From positions 25,782-89,781 of the forward strand of contig JBDLKA010000004.1 of the NCBI GenBank assembly GCA_039714075.1: a DNA stretch of 64,000 nt, given 5' to 3'. Both the position numbers and the translations under genes were made by a program. The notes under the pieces are model-generated. The model had not been told where the DNA came from, searched no databases, and saw only the letters and a program-made list of their open reading frames with translations. Origin of the DNA: Candidatus Krumholzibacteriota bacterium. GTDB lineage: Bacteria; Krumholzibacteriota; Krumholzibacteriia; LZORAL124-64-63. Position 1 is the first letter of the stretch. Every line of letters starts with the position of its first letter. Below are positions 55,649 to 64,000 of the stretch, in pieces.

Positions 55649-56488
55649 TCAGCGCACCAGTGACTCCAGCAGTGCGGTGGCCTGTTCGCCCTCGTCAAAG
55701 CCGGACACACCGATCAACTGCTGCGTATCACCCATCAGAACGACAACGCCGCGGTAGGGAACCTCGCGCGTGAACACCAGCTGTTCGTCACGTGAGGACT
55801 GCGTCCACTTGCCGCTGCCATTGCGCAGGAAAGCCTTGCTCGGCTTCATCACGAACAACCGGTATTTATTCCCCCCGGCGTCCTGGTAGTCGGCGTGCAG
55901 ACAGGCTTTGAGGTCCTCCAGGCCGAGAAAGTCGCTGCCGGAAAAGGCCACGGTACCGGGCACCCGCCCCTCCTCGGGCAGGGCCTCCAGTTCCGCGGGC
56001 AGACCGGATTCGCCGGGCAACCCCTTTGCCACGTCCTGCAGGGCGGCGCGCAACGTCGGGGCCGGAATGTCCCCACCCCCGGCCTCGATCTTCACATAGA
56101 AGCGGTTCTTGATCAGCAGGCCCCGGTAGGGTGGTTGCAATACCGCCGCCGAACCAACATCCGACAGCGCCTCGGCCTCCGCCGGCTTTTCGGTCTCGTA
56201 GATTCCGTATGCATCGAGGGGAGACCCCATGTCATACAAACTGACGGTGAGAGCGCCATCACCCTGCTCGAAATCGGCCACCACCAGATCCCTGAACCGA
56301 TAAGTCAGGAACAACTCCGCCGCACCGTTGATGTATTCCCACAGGTCCTCACGACCGTAGCGGTACTCCTGGTCCACCGCGGTCCAGCCGGCGGGAACGG
56401 GCACGTGAACCTCCGGCGGCTGGGCGAGCACGGGCATCGCGGCCATCGCCAGGGCGGCCAGCACCAAAACAAGACCAATCTTCTTCAT
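55649..56488 (-). CDS. DUF6599-like exported protein
   Basis: Signal peptide from ATG 56488 (AAAGGA RBS); LWEYINGAAELF..YDMGSPLDAYGIY. Confidence 0.75.
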   Translation of the reverse strand: MKKIGLVLVLAALAMAAMPVLAQPPEVHVPVPAGWTAVDQEYRYGREDLWEYINGAAELFLTYRFRDLVVADFEQGDGALTVSLYDMGSPLDAYGIYETEKPAEAEALSDVGSAAVLQPPYRGLLIKNRFYVKIEAGGGDIPAPTLRAALQDVAKGLPGESGLPAELEALPEEGRVPGTVAFSGSDFLGLEDLKACLHADYQDAGGNKYRLFVMKPSKAFLRNGSGKWTQSSRDEQLVFTREVPYRGVVVLMGDTQQLIGVSGFDEGEQATALLESLVR

Positions 56489-56513
56489 GTCGGTCCTTTC
56501 CGATCCGAACCAC

Positions 56514-57584
56514 CTACAACTGGGTGCCAGACAGGGGGAGCAAGCGGTCCAGCGCATCGTAGTTTGGCATGGACGGACAGATGGTGTGCGCGTCGGGGTT
56601 CCCCAGCACCCACTGGAAGCTCTTGAGATCCAGTTCGTCCTGGGTCTTGATGCCGTGCTTCTCGATGAAGGGTTGGCTGCGCGCCACGCTATCGGTGAAA
56701 TTGGCGTTCTCTCGTTCGAGATATTTCTTGATCCGTTCGACGGCCTGCTCGCGTGTGTTACCCTGGCCCTCGAGGTATTCGAACCACTCCTGGATCTGCT
56801 CACTGGGATTTTCGGGATCGTACACGGGCATCTCCATCATTCCGGTGGCCGACTTCATGATGGTCGTGCCGATGTTCTTTTCCTTGCAGACCTGCAGCAC
56901 CCGCTCGCCTTCCTCGGCGTTCAAAAAACCGTAGGACAGCAACATCACGTCGTAGTGGCCCGATTCGGCCGCCTTGATCAGCACCGTGTCCATGGCGTCG
57001 GGCTCGTCGCCCCGTGGGCCGTGGCTGCTGATACCGATGTGCTTCAACTTGCCCTCCTCCTTGAGCTGCCGGCAGGCGTTCAGGAAGGGCTCGTTCTCCA
57101 CCAGTTCGACATCGGCGATGCCGTGGGCGTAGAGGGCGTCCGCATAAGGCGACTGCAATCGCTCGAGGCTCTTGTTGAAGCGCTCTATCAGGTTCTGCTG
57201 GTCGAATTCCCCGTCGATGTCCAGCTTGGTGACGATGAAGATCTTTTCCCGTTCCATGTGCTTCATCGCCTCGCCGATCTTCGTCTCGGAGTCGCCGTTG
57301 CCATAGCTTTCGGCCGTGTCGAAGAGGTTGATCCCGTGGTCGTAGGCGTACCGCACAACGTTGGATTCGGCGATGCTGCCGCAGCCCATGCTGATGTCTC
57401 CCACCTCGAATCCGGTCCGGCCCAGTGTGCGGTAGCGCTTGATCCGGGGCGTCGTCTCGGCGTCGAGCATGCGCGACCACACGGGCCCGGCCGCCACACC
57501 CAGGGCGGCCACACCTCCGGCGGCCAGAAAATCACGGCGGGTGATGCCGCTGGATAACACCTCGTGCAGATCGTACTTGGTCAT
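56514..57584 (-). CDS. Aldo/keto reductase with twin-arginine signal
   Basis: TRRDFL; YRTLGRTG, FDTAESYG, IVTK, LYAH and IGISSH motifs. Confidence 0.88.
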   Translation of the reverse strand: MTKYDLHEVLSSGITRRDFLAAGGVAALGVAAGPVWSRMLDAETTPRIKRYRTLGRTGFEVGDISMGCGSIAESNVVRYAYDHGINLFDTAESYGNGDSETKIGEAMKHMEREKIFIVTKLDIDGEFDQQNLIERFNKSLERLQSPYADALYAHGIADVELVENEPFLNACRQLKEEGKLKHIGISSHGPRGDEPDAMDTVLIKAAESGHYDVMLLSYGFLNAEEGERVLQVCKEKNIGTTIMKSATGMMEMPVYDPENPSEQIQEWFEYLEGQGNTREQAVERIKKYLERENANFTDSVARSQPFIEKHGIKTQDELDLKSFQWVLGNPDAHTICPSMPNYDALDRLLPLSGTQL

Positions 57585-57598
57585 GGGTCTTCCTTCCT

Positions 57599-59266
57599 CT
57601 AGTAGCCGTAGGGGGTTTCACCGGCCTCGTTTCCGGAATCTTCGTAAGAGTAGCCGCCGGACAGGATCGGCTGGTTGTCCGGGTGACGGTCCTCGTTGGC
57701 GCTGACCACGCGGATTGCGGCCAGATCCTTGAATACACACTTGGTTTCGCAGATACCGCAGCCGGTGCAGCGTTCGGGATCGACCCGGGGGAATTTGATG
57801 GTGCTCACATTGCCCTCGCGGTCGGTCGCATCGCGCATCTCGAAGGTGATGGCTTTGTCCGGCACCGGACAATGCTCCTCGCAGACGATGCATTCCCGGC
57901 CGAAGGCGAAAGGCAGGCAGCGTGTCGTGTCGAATACCGCCAGGCCGATCTTGACCTTCTTCTTCTCCGGCAGGGGCAGAGGCGCGATGGCCTCGGTGGG
58001 ACAGACCTGGCCGCAGGCGTGGCACTCGAACTCGCACCAGCCGATGGCCGGTACCAACACCGGTGACCACAAGCCCTCCAGGCCGGCCTCGGCCCAGGTC
58101 GGCTGCAACCCGCCCGAGGGACAGGTCTGCATGCACAGACCGCATTTGACGCAGCGCTGCAGGAAATCCGGCTCCGCCCTGGCTCCGGGCGGTCGGATCA
58201 GGGCGGGGTTGAAGGTCTTGGCGTTGGCGGCCGGTGTTATGCGCATCATCGAGAGCGCCGCCACTCCACCCACGGCTGAGGTCAGCACGCGCCGCTTGCC
58301 GAGATCCACAGTGCCTGCAGACGTCTTCTTCAACGGAGGAATCCATTTAAAGTCCAACCCCTGGTTGCTGCACGACCCGACGCAGTTCCAACAGCCGAAG
58401 CACTCGGTGGCCAGCCATTCGTCAGGTTTTTCGGGCTGAGCCGCCGCCGGGCAGGCCAGGGTGCATTTGTGGCAGCTGTTGCACTGGGCGGGATCGCTCG
58501 TTAGTCGCAGCAACGGCCGTGCGGCGACCAGACCCAGCATACCCCCCAGTGGACAGAGGTAGCGGCACCAGAAATGGTTGCGGACCAGGTTCAGCAGTAG
58601 GGCCGCCGCGAAAATCAGGAACACGGCGCTGGTTCCCGAGAACACCCGCAGCTCGGTGGAGGTGACCCGCTCCTGCCACCAGCGGTAGAACGGCTCAGTC
58701 AGATCGCGCAGATGCCAGGGACCCAGGTGGGGATCGGCCAGGTAGATCCCGTTGGACATGGCGCTCACCGCGATGTCCCCCGCCGGCAGAACCGTCAAGG
58801 ACACGCTGCGGTAGAGGAGGGAAAAGGGGTCAAGAACTCCGACCCACTGGGCGCCCAGGGCCGTCATCACAAGCAAGGCGACCAAGACGTAGAACTTCGC
58901 CCGCTGCCAGCGGCTGAATTCCTCGGTGCGCTTCACCACCCGCCGGAACTGGTTGCGCAGGCTGCCCACGGCGTTGTGCAGCGTGCCGAGGGGACAGAAC
59001 CAACCGCAGAATACACGCCCGAAAACCAGGGTGACCACCAGGGTCAGCAGCCCCAGCAGCGAGATTCCCGCCAGGGTGCGGGTGGCCAGCCAGGAGCTGA
59101 TCATGACGAGGGGATTCAGGTCGAAGAACAGGTCCACCGGTGCCGAAGGGGCGGCCCCGTCGGCCGGGCGGTTGGCCGTCAACAGGTAAAGGAAGGCCGC
59201 CAGAACCACGACCTGAACCGATCGGCGGATCCAAATGATCCGGCGGGCCCGCTGGACGGCACTCAC
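57599..59266 (-). CDS. Membrane polyferredoxin (NapH/MauN-like fused to NapG/MauM-like)
   Basis: FCGWFCPLG and WCRYLCPLG; multiple CxxCxxCxxxCP motifs; IRPPGA; GTG 59266 overlaps the upstream TGA. Confidence 0.88.
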   Translation of the reverse strand: MSAVQRARRIIWIRRSVQVVVLAAFLYLLTANRPADGAAPSAPVDLFFDLNPLVMISSWLATRTLAGISLLGLLTLVVTLVFGRVFCGWFCPLGTLHNAVGSLRNQFRRVVKRTEEFSRWQRAKFYVLVALLVMTALGAQWVGVLDPFSLLYRSVSLTVLPAGDIAVSAMSNGIYLADPHLGPWHLRDLTEPFYRWWQERVTSTELRVFSGTSAVFLIFAAALLLNLVRNHFWCRYLCPLGGMLGLVAARPLLRLTSDPAQCNSCHKCTLACPAAAQPEKPDEWLATECFGCWNCVGSCSNQGLDFKWIPPLKKTSAGTVDLGKRRVLTSAVGGVAALSMMRITPAANAKTFNPALIRPPGARAEPDFLQRCVKCGLCMQTCPSGGLQPTWAEAGLEGLWSPVLVPAIGWCEFECHACGQVCPTEAIAPLPLPEKKKVKIGLAVFDTTRCLPFAFGRECIVCEEHCPVPDKAITFEMRDATDREGNVSTIKFPRVDPERCTGCGICETKCVFKDLAAIRVVSANEDRHPDNQPILSGGYSYEDSGNEAGETPYGY

Positions 59267-60210
59267 GACAGGATCTTCTCGACCGGCTTCAGCGAGGCGA
59301 AGTCGAGGGTGCCCAGCCCCCGCTTCGCGGCGCCGGCGATATGGCCGATGTCCTCGGGCCTGTGCCCCAGCAAGGTCGCTCCGAACGCGTCGATCGCCAC
59401 GATGTCCGTCCCGGCGGCCACGATGCCGCGAACCTCGACATCGTCGGGATCGCCACCCTGGGGTCCGTGGTCGGTCAGGACGCGCACCGCGTCCAGCACG
59501 GTAATCCGGGGCTTCATGAAGCGGGTGATGTCGGCCAGGCAGGCCTCCATGTTCTGGTGCCAGGCGCTGCGATTGCCGCCGATCACCCCCATGTAGTTCT
59601 TCATGGCCACGGAGCACCCCGTCAGGCCGTGATGCTTGAGGATAGGCACGTTGATCACCAGGTCGGCCTCGGCCACCTCCAGGTAGACCGGCCACTCCTT
59701 GAGGAATTCCCCGCCCAGGGGCATGTCCTTGTAACGTTTCTCGTCCAGATAGATCATCCTGCCGCCGGTCGCTTCCACGACCTTGGCGATACCGCTGTTG
59801 CGATAAGCCTGGCGGGCAGGATGGCAGGGGTGATCGCCCACCTTGACCGTCTTGGCGCCGGCGGCCAGGCACATGCGAACCAGCGCGCCCACCACGTCCG
59901 GGTTGGTGTTGGCCGCCAGTTCAGGCCGGCGGTTCCAACCGATGTTGGGCTTGATCCACACCGTTTCGCCCTTGTTCACGAAGCGGTCCATTCCGCCCAG
60001 GGAGGCGATGGCGGCCTCGGTGAGGCCGACCGCGGCGGCGGTCAGGTTGGCGGCGGCGAGTTCGGCCTCGTCCCAACGGGCGATTGACATTGTCGGCACC
60101 GGGTCGGCGGCCAGGGCCGCACGCGCCAGGGCGGCGAAATCCGCCGTCAGCAGGCCGCCACCGACCAGGGCCGATGTCTTCAGGAAATCACGGCGGGTGG
60201 AGTCGGACAT
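59263..60210 (-). CDS. DUF362 domain protein with twin-arginine signal
   Basis: STRRDFLK; IKPN..TNP; INVPILKHH..AMKNYMG; DIVAID. Confidence 0.88.
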   Translation of the reverse strand: MSDSTRRDFLKTSALVGGGLLTADFAALARAALAADPVPTMSIARWDEAELAAANLTAAAVGLTEAAIASLGGMDRFVNKGETVWIKPNIGWNRRPELAANTNPDVVGALVRMCLAAGAKTVKVGDHPCHPARQAYRNSGIAKVVEATGGRMIYLDEKRYKDMPLGGEFLKEWPVYLEVAEADLVINVPILKHHGLTGCSVAMKNYMGVIGGNRSAWHQNMEACLADITRFMKPRITVLDAVRVLTDHGPQGGDPDDVEVRGIVAAGTDIVAIDAFGATLLGHRPEDIGHIAGAAKRGLGTLDFASLKPVEKILS

Positions 60211-60211
60211 G

Positions 60212-60763
60212 TCAGGACCTCCCCGGTGATTGTGGTTCCGGGGCACGGGAAACCTTCGCGCCCCGATCCTTCCAGGTCCAGGCCAGGCCCCCGCAAAGGA
60301 GGATGAACGAAAGAGTCGCCAGCTGGTAGATCCAGGAGGTGGCGATCAGGTCGCCGCTCAGCAGCGACACCCGGATCAGAATAAACTTGGCCGCATAATA
60401 GGCGGCCTTGCTGGCGAGAATGGAACCGGCCGCGGCCGGAACGAAGCGGTTGGTTTTCCGCGAAAGGCCGAAGAACAACAGCGTGTTGAGCACCAGTTCA
60501 CCCTGGATCAGCACAACCTTGGGGAAAACCGGATGCCCGCTGGTCAGCATCGCCAGCAGAGGCATCCACACGGCCATCAGCAGCGCGTTGCGGCGGCTCG
60601 AGCCGATAATCGCCACGAAGAGCAGAAGACGCATGGGGTCGAACAGGTAGAAGGGAAGGGCCGCGGCGTGGGACAGTGCGGGCACGGCGACGACGGCGGC
60701 GCAGAGCAGCACGTCCAGGGAAATGGTCCTGAAGGCCGGCCGGTCTAGGGCAAGTGTGGACAT
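60212..60763 (-). CDS. Small polytopic membrane protein (ECF S-component-like)
   Basis: About six TM helices; ends 1 bp before the DUF362 start. Confidence 0.6.
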   Translation of the reverse strand: MSTLALDRPAFRTISLDVLLCAAVVAVPALSHAAALPFYLFDPMRLLLFVAIIGSSRRNALLMAVWMPLLAMLTSGHPVFPKVVLIQGELVLNTLLFFGLSRKTNRFVPAAAGSILASKAAYYAAKFILIRVSLLSGDLIATSWIYQLATLSFILLCGGLAWTWKDRGAKVSRAPEPQSPGRS

Positions 60764-60857
60764 CCGCTTCTCCATCGGTTTCGGGACGATGCGAATATAC
60801 CACACGACAGGAGAAAACGGCCTGCCGTTTTCATGTACATGGACGCTCGCCGTGGGC

Positions 60858-61652
60858 TTACTGCGAAATAAACGCTATGACTTCTTTCCACCAAGGCAGT
60901 TCCGCTTCAACCGGCATCTCGTTATGTCTTGTATCTTCAAACAACCATAGTTTCTTCTTTGCCGTTATTGATTCAAATAGCTTTTTTCCATGCTGCACCG
61001 GAACAACCTCATCGTGTTCTGCGAGTACGACAGCTATATTTCCTTCATATCCTTGAAGGTTATCAATATTGTTGTATTTATCTAGAACCAACCAACGTGC
61101 AGGGAAGAACCAATAGTGTGTTTGAGCCAAATTCGGCAGGGAATCCCAAGGCAGAAACAGGACCACTCCTTTTATGGGGATGTCCGTATTACTTAATGCA
61201 CTGGAAACGACTCCACCCCCTAGTGACTCACCCCATACGAACAGCGGTTCCCCATACTCTTGATAGGCAAGCCTTATTGTTTCAAGCGCATCCTTAACCA
61301 ATACATCTTCACTGGGGTGACCAGCTCGACCTCCATAGCCGGGATATTCAGCCAAAATAACTCGTAAATTTTGAATTGAAAGCGCCTTGGCATAGAAGCT
61401 GCGGTGATAGGCTGTGCCTGCATTGCCATGAAACACTATGACAGTTCCCTTTGCGTCAACCGGTTCTCCATGACAGATAAATCCTTGAAAATTATCAAAC
61501 GAAGGCCAATAGAGTAGACCTTCTTCAATTGCACGATCTTCTGACAATTGGATTACGTTCGGCAGATAGAGCATTTTCCGCTGAAAAACAAATGCAATAG
61601 AGCTTAACGCTACATATCCGCCCAAGGCATATAACAATATTTTCCAAATCAT
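60858..61652 (-). CDS. Alpha/beta hydrolase
   Basis: FHGNAG, EYPGYG, GESLG nucleophile elbow, DEVVP and HN; start moved to ATG 61652. Confidence 0.88.
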   Translation of the reverse strand: MIWKILLYALGGYVALSSIAFVFQRKMLYLPNVIQLSEDRAIEEGLLYWPSFDNFQGFICHGEPVDAKGTVIVFHGNAGTAYHRSFYAKALSIQNLRVILAEYPGYGGRAGHPSEDVLVKDALETIRLAYQEYGEPLFVWGESLGGGVVSSALSNTDIPIKGVVLFLPWDSLPNLAQTHYWFFPARWLVLDKYNNIDNLQGYEGNIAVVLAEHDEVVPVQHGKKLFESITAKKKLWLFEDTRHNEMPVEAELPWWKEVIAFISQ

Positions 61653-61859
61653 TTCGTCCAACGACTTTTGTCCCGAAATTATTTTCATGGCCAAACCGGA
61701 CCGCCTGTTAACCGAAAACAGTATATCACACGGTTTCTGAGAGAAGAGGATCAATTTGAAGTCGTTTGGGGCCATTCAGTTGCCCTGTTAAATCAAAATC
61801 CATAATTTCTCTTAGGGTTACTTGTTGGAAGGATATTGAGCATTTTTCCTGGGGGCAGC

Positions 61860-62210
61860 ATGGATCGTATTAATCCCAAAACCATCGTTTTGTGTTTGTT
61901 CATCTCCTTTTTTTTCCTTCCATCGCCACCCAAAGTCTGCGGCAACCTCTCTGGTTGCGGGGCCTGCTGGGCTGATTTAGGTCTCGCCAGGATAATGTCT
62001 CAAGACAAGGAGGGAGCTCTTATCGCTTTTGACAAGGCGGTCGTATTGTCCCCTGACTCAGCCGTCGCCCTGCACAACCGGGGTATGCTTCATCTTCAGG
62101 AAGGCCGGACAAAGGCTGCACTGGATGACCTTGCTCGAGCTGCTGAAATTGCCCCCCAAGACCAACAAATCGTTACGGATTTTCAGCGGGCGAAATTGGC
62201 CAACAAATAA
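61860..62210 (+). CDS. Short TPR-repeat protein, possibly a remnant
   Basis: TPR-like helices (ALIAFDKAVVLSPD..ALHNRG..ALDDLARAAEIAP) after a signal-like N-terminus. Confidence 0.55.
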   Translation: MDRINPKTIVLCLFISFFFLPSPPKVCGNLSGCGACWADLGLARIMSQDKEGALIAFDKAVVLSPDSAVALHNRGMLHLQEGRTKAALDDLARAAEIAPQDQQIVTDFQRAKLANK

Positions 62211-62220
62211 AAGGTCACTA

Positions 62221-63000
62221 TCAATCTATAATGGAATACAGATACAATTTTTCGTAAGAATCACTTACGATATATACTCTAGCATTCTCATAATCTACTG
62301 CAATCCCTTCTGCTTTATCTACATCAATTGGATACTCGGTCAGTACGCTACCCGTAAGGTCGCACTTATAAACCTTTTCATTCTGATCGCTTACAATCCA
62401 CAAGTGCTGATTGTGGGATTCATAATAAATGCCGGAAAAATCATAAGCAAAATTAATGCGTTTATATGTCAGCAGATTGAATTCCCCGTCCAGTTCGATC
62501 AACACACCCGGATCTTGTTCTTTCAGGAGAAAGAAATGACCGTTTGAAGTGTTTATTGTTACTCCCTCCAGCCCGCTGTTTCCTGCAGCTCCGGTGACAT
62601 CTATCCGTTGAAGTTCATTTCCTAGATTGTCCAACTGTACTATTTGTGACAGATATTCCTCTGCAACCCAAAGTGTGCTGTCTCCGGGATCAATAGCTAT
62701 TCCCTCAAGATCATTCCCGGTATAGGCAAGTGTTTCCAGCACGTTACCGCCAAAGTCGACTTTGTAGACTTTTCTAGTCTGGTCACTGACTGTCCAAAGT
62801 GCTTGTTTATCGATTGAAAAACACAATCCCGAAGGTTCGTCTACGTGGATATTTACAGTAGATATCAATTCCAGTTCTGGTTCTTCCTGTGGCGGAGGTT
62901 CCGTCTCGGTGGGCGTATTATCCGCACACCCTGAAATCAGGATTATGCTCAGCCAGATAAATCCATGGCGATTAAACCTGCAGAGTTCACTTGTATTCAT
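62221..63000 (-). CDS. SdiA-regulated (YjiK-like) beta-propeller lipoprotein
   Basis: Lipobox ISGC; EPSGL..LWTVSD, DLEGI, GLEGV, DFSGI and KAEGI repeats. Confidence 0.8.
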   Translation of the reverse strand: MNTSELCRFNRHGFIWLSIILISGCADNTPTETEPPPQEEPELELISTVNIHVDEPSGLCFSIDKQALWTVSDQTRKVYKVDFGGNVLETLAYTGNDLEGIAIDPGDSTLWVAEEYLSQIVQLDNLGNELQRIDVTGAAGNSGLEGVTINTSNGHFFLLKEQDPGVLIELDGEFNLLTYKRINFAYDFSGIYYESHNQHLWIVSDQNEKVYKCDLTGSVLTEYPIDVDKAEGIAVDYENARVYIVSDSYEKLYLYSIID

Positions 63001-63068
63001 GAAATCCCCTGTCGCTTCTATATATTCGTCCGCCCTGATATTCAAGAATGCGGCTTTGCGCCACCAAA

Positions 63069-63101
63069 CAAAAAACCCCGCCACTTAACAGAAGCGGGGT
63101 T
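63069..63101 (-). terminator. Intrinsic terminator of the RRM gene
   Basis: AACCCCGC..GCGGGGTT followed by a T-run on the minus strand. Confidence 0.75.
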
Positions 63102-63133
63102 CCAATCATCAACCCGTAGGTTGACTGACTAAC

Positions 63134-63439
63134 CTACCAACGGTCGCCGCCGCCACCGCCGCCGTAGCCGCCACGGCCACCGCCGCCGCCGCCACGGGGT
63201 TTGTCCTGGGCCTCGTTCACGCGAAGCGCGCGGCCGTCCATTTCCTTGCCGTCCAGGTTCTGGATCATGGTCGACAGGGCGTCGTCATCGACTTCGATGA
63301 AGCCGAAGCCGCGGGGACGACCGGTTTCGCGGTCGTTGATCAGAGCGACGGAGTGAACCGTGCCGTGCTGGCCGAACAGTTCTTTGACATCGTCTTCGGT
63401 CGCGCTGAAGGGCAGGTTGCCCACGTAGATCTTCTTCAA
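63134..63439 (-). CDS. RRM RNA-binding protein with Gly-rich tail
   Basis: RNP2 IYVGNL and RNP1 RGFGFI; TTG start at 63439 after GGAGA. Confidence 0.93.
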   Translation of the reverse strand: MKKIYVGNLPFSATEDDVKELFGQHGTVHSVALINDRETGRPRGFGFIEVDDDALSTMIQNLDGKEMDGRALRVNEAQDKPRGGGGGGRGGYGGGGGGDRW

Positions 63440-63907
63440 GGTCTTTTCTCCAAATGTCGGCGTGCCGACTAAACCAAGCACTCAGGATCGCCAGCTTCTT
63501 CCGGCAGATCCGCTGCGCTTCAAATTGGCTCGGCAATTAATTCGCTCGCCGAACCTTGGTTCCCCCGACTGTCGGGGGAATTCCATGGACGCGCCGTCGT
63601 CGCTGTTAACCAGATCCGATCGGCGGACACAAATTCTGAGAGATTCTGAGAGATTCTGAAAGTCTGAGATGTTTTCGAGGCATCCCCATTCCCCAGCAGC
63701 GAAGCAGAATCTCTTCTCAAACTCTATCGGCGGAGTGGCGTCTGTCGCCCGGCTCCCTAGGTAGGACGCTATTCGTGAACTTTTTCTAAGATCCACGGCA
63801 CCCTGAATAACCCTTGGATACAATAATATACAATTTTTCAGCATCCCCTAAGGAAAACTGAAGCCACATCCCCCAATACGAACAAAATGGAGTTTTGACT
63901 TTGGACA

Positions 63908-63939
63908 ATGGTCCGCCCTGGTTTTCCAGGGCGGACCAT
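63908..63939. terminator. Perfect 14-bp hairpin
   Basis: ATGGTCCGCCCTGG TTTT CCAGGGCGGACCAT. Confidence 0.6.
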
Positions 63940-64000
63940 GCCGGCAATCAAGTTTCCAGTGTCCTGCCTCGCGAAACTCAGTCCATCTTGGAAATCGCCG

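Noticed and set aside
59267..59872. Long N-terminal extensions in the ORF track (also 45348, 43475, 56803, 26589, 5632)
   Set aside because: They overlap neighbouring genes or precede clear RBS/signal-peptide starts; starts were reassigned.
63143..63195. GCC-rich repeat
   Set aside because: Gly-rich tail of the RRM protein.
1..64000. CRISPR arrays, tRNA (including tRNA-Sec), rRNA, transposases, integrases, sel genes
   Set aside because: None recognised by eye. The Sec machinery needed for the main finding would have to lie outside this window.

Overview
GC-rich bacterial chromosomal window, about 50 genes. I found no rRNA, tRNA, CRISPR array or transposase. Eight secreted proteins with C-terminal FlgD-Ig/T9SS-like domains suggest an FCB-related lineage such as Krumholzibacteriota or Latescibacterota (inference only). 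Main result: a cobalamin-independent methionine synthase (MetE catalytic-domain)-like gene at 46338-47489, split by the ORF track, is one frame interrupted by a single in-frame TGA (46983-46985). A bacterial SECIS-like hairpin starts 11 nt after that TGA. It is therefore a probable selenoprotein, last gene of a tusA-like / dsrE-like / tusA-osmC sulfur- or selenium-relay operon. Second system: a membrane sCache-PAS-DUF294 nucleotidyltransferase coupled to a metallophosphoesterase, divergent from a DUF485-actP acetate permease pair. Also present: two divergent Ser/Thr kinases, an FHA-histidine kinase, a TetR / diiron protein / acyl-CoA ligase unit with visible operators, a Tat-DUF362 / polyferredoxin / aldo-keto reductase operon, loopless palindromes, a 125-bp intergenic repeat, and two direct-repeat-flanked gene insertions. 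All family calls are from motif recognition by eye; no searches were run.
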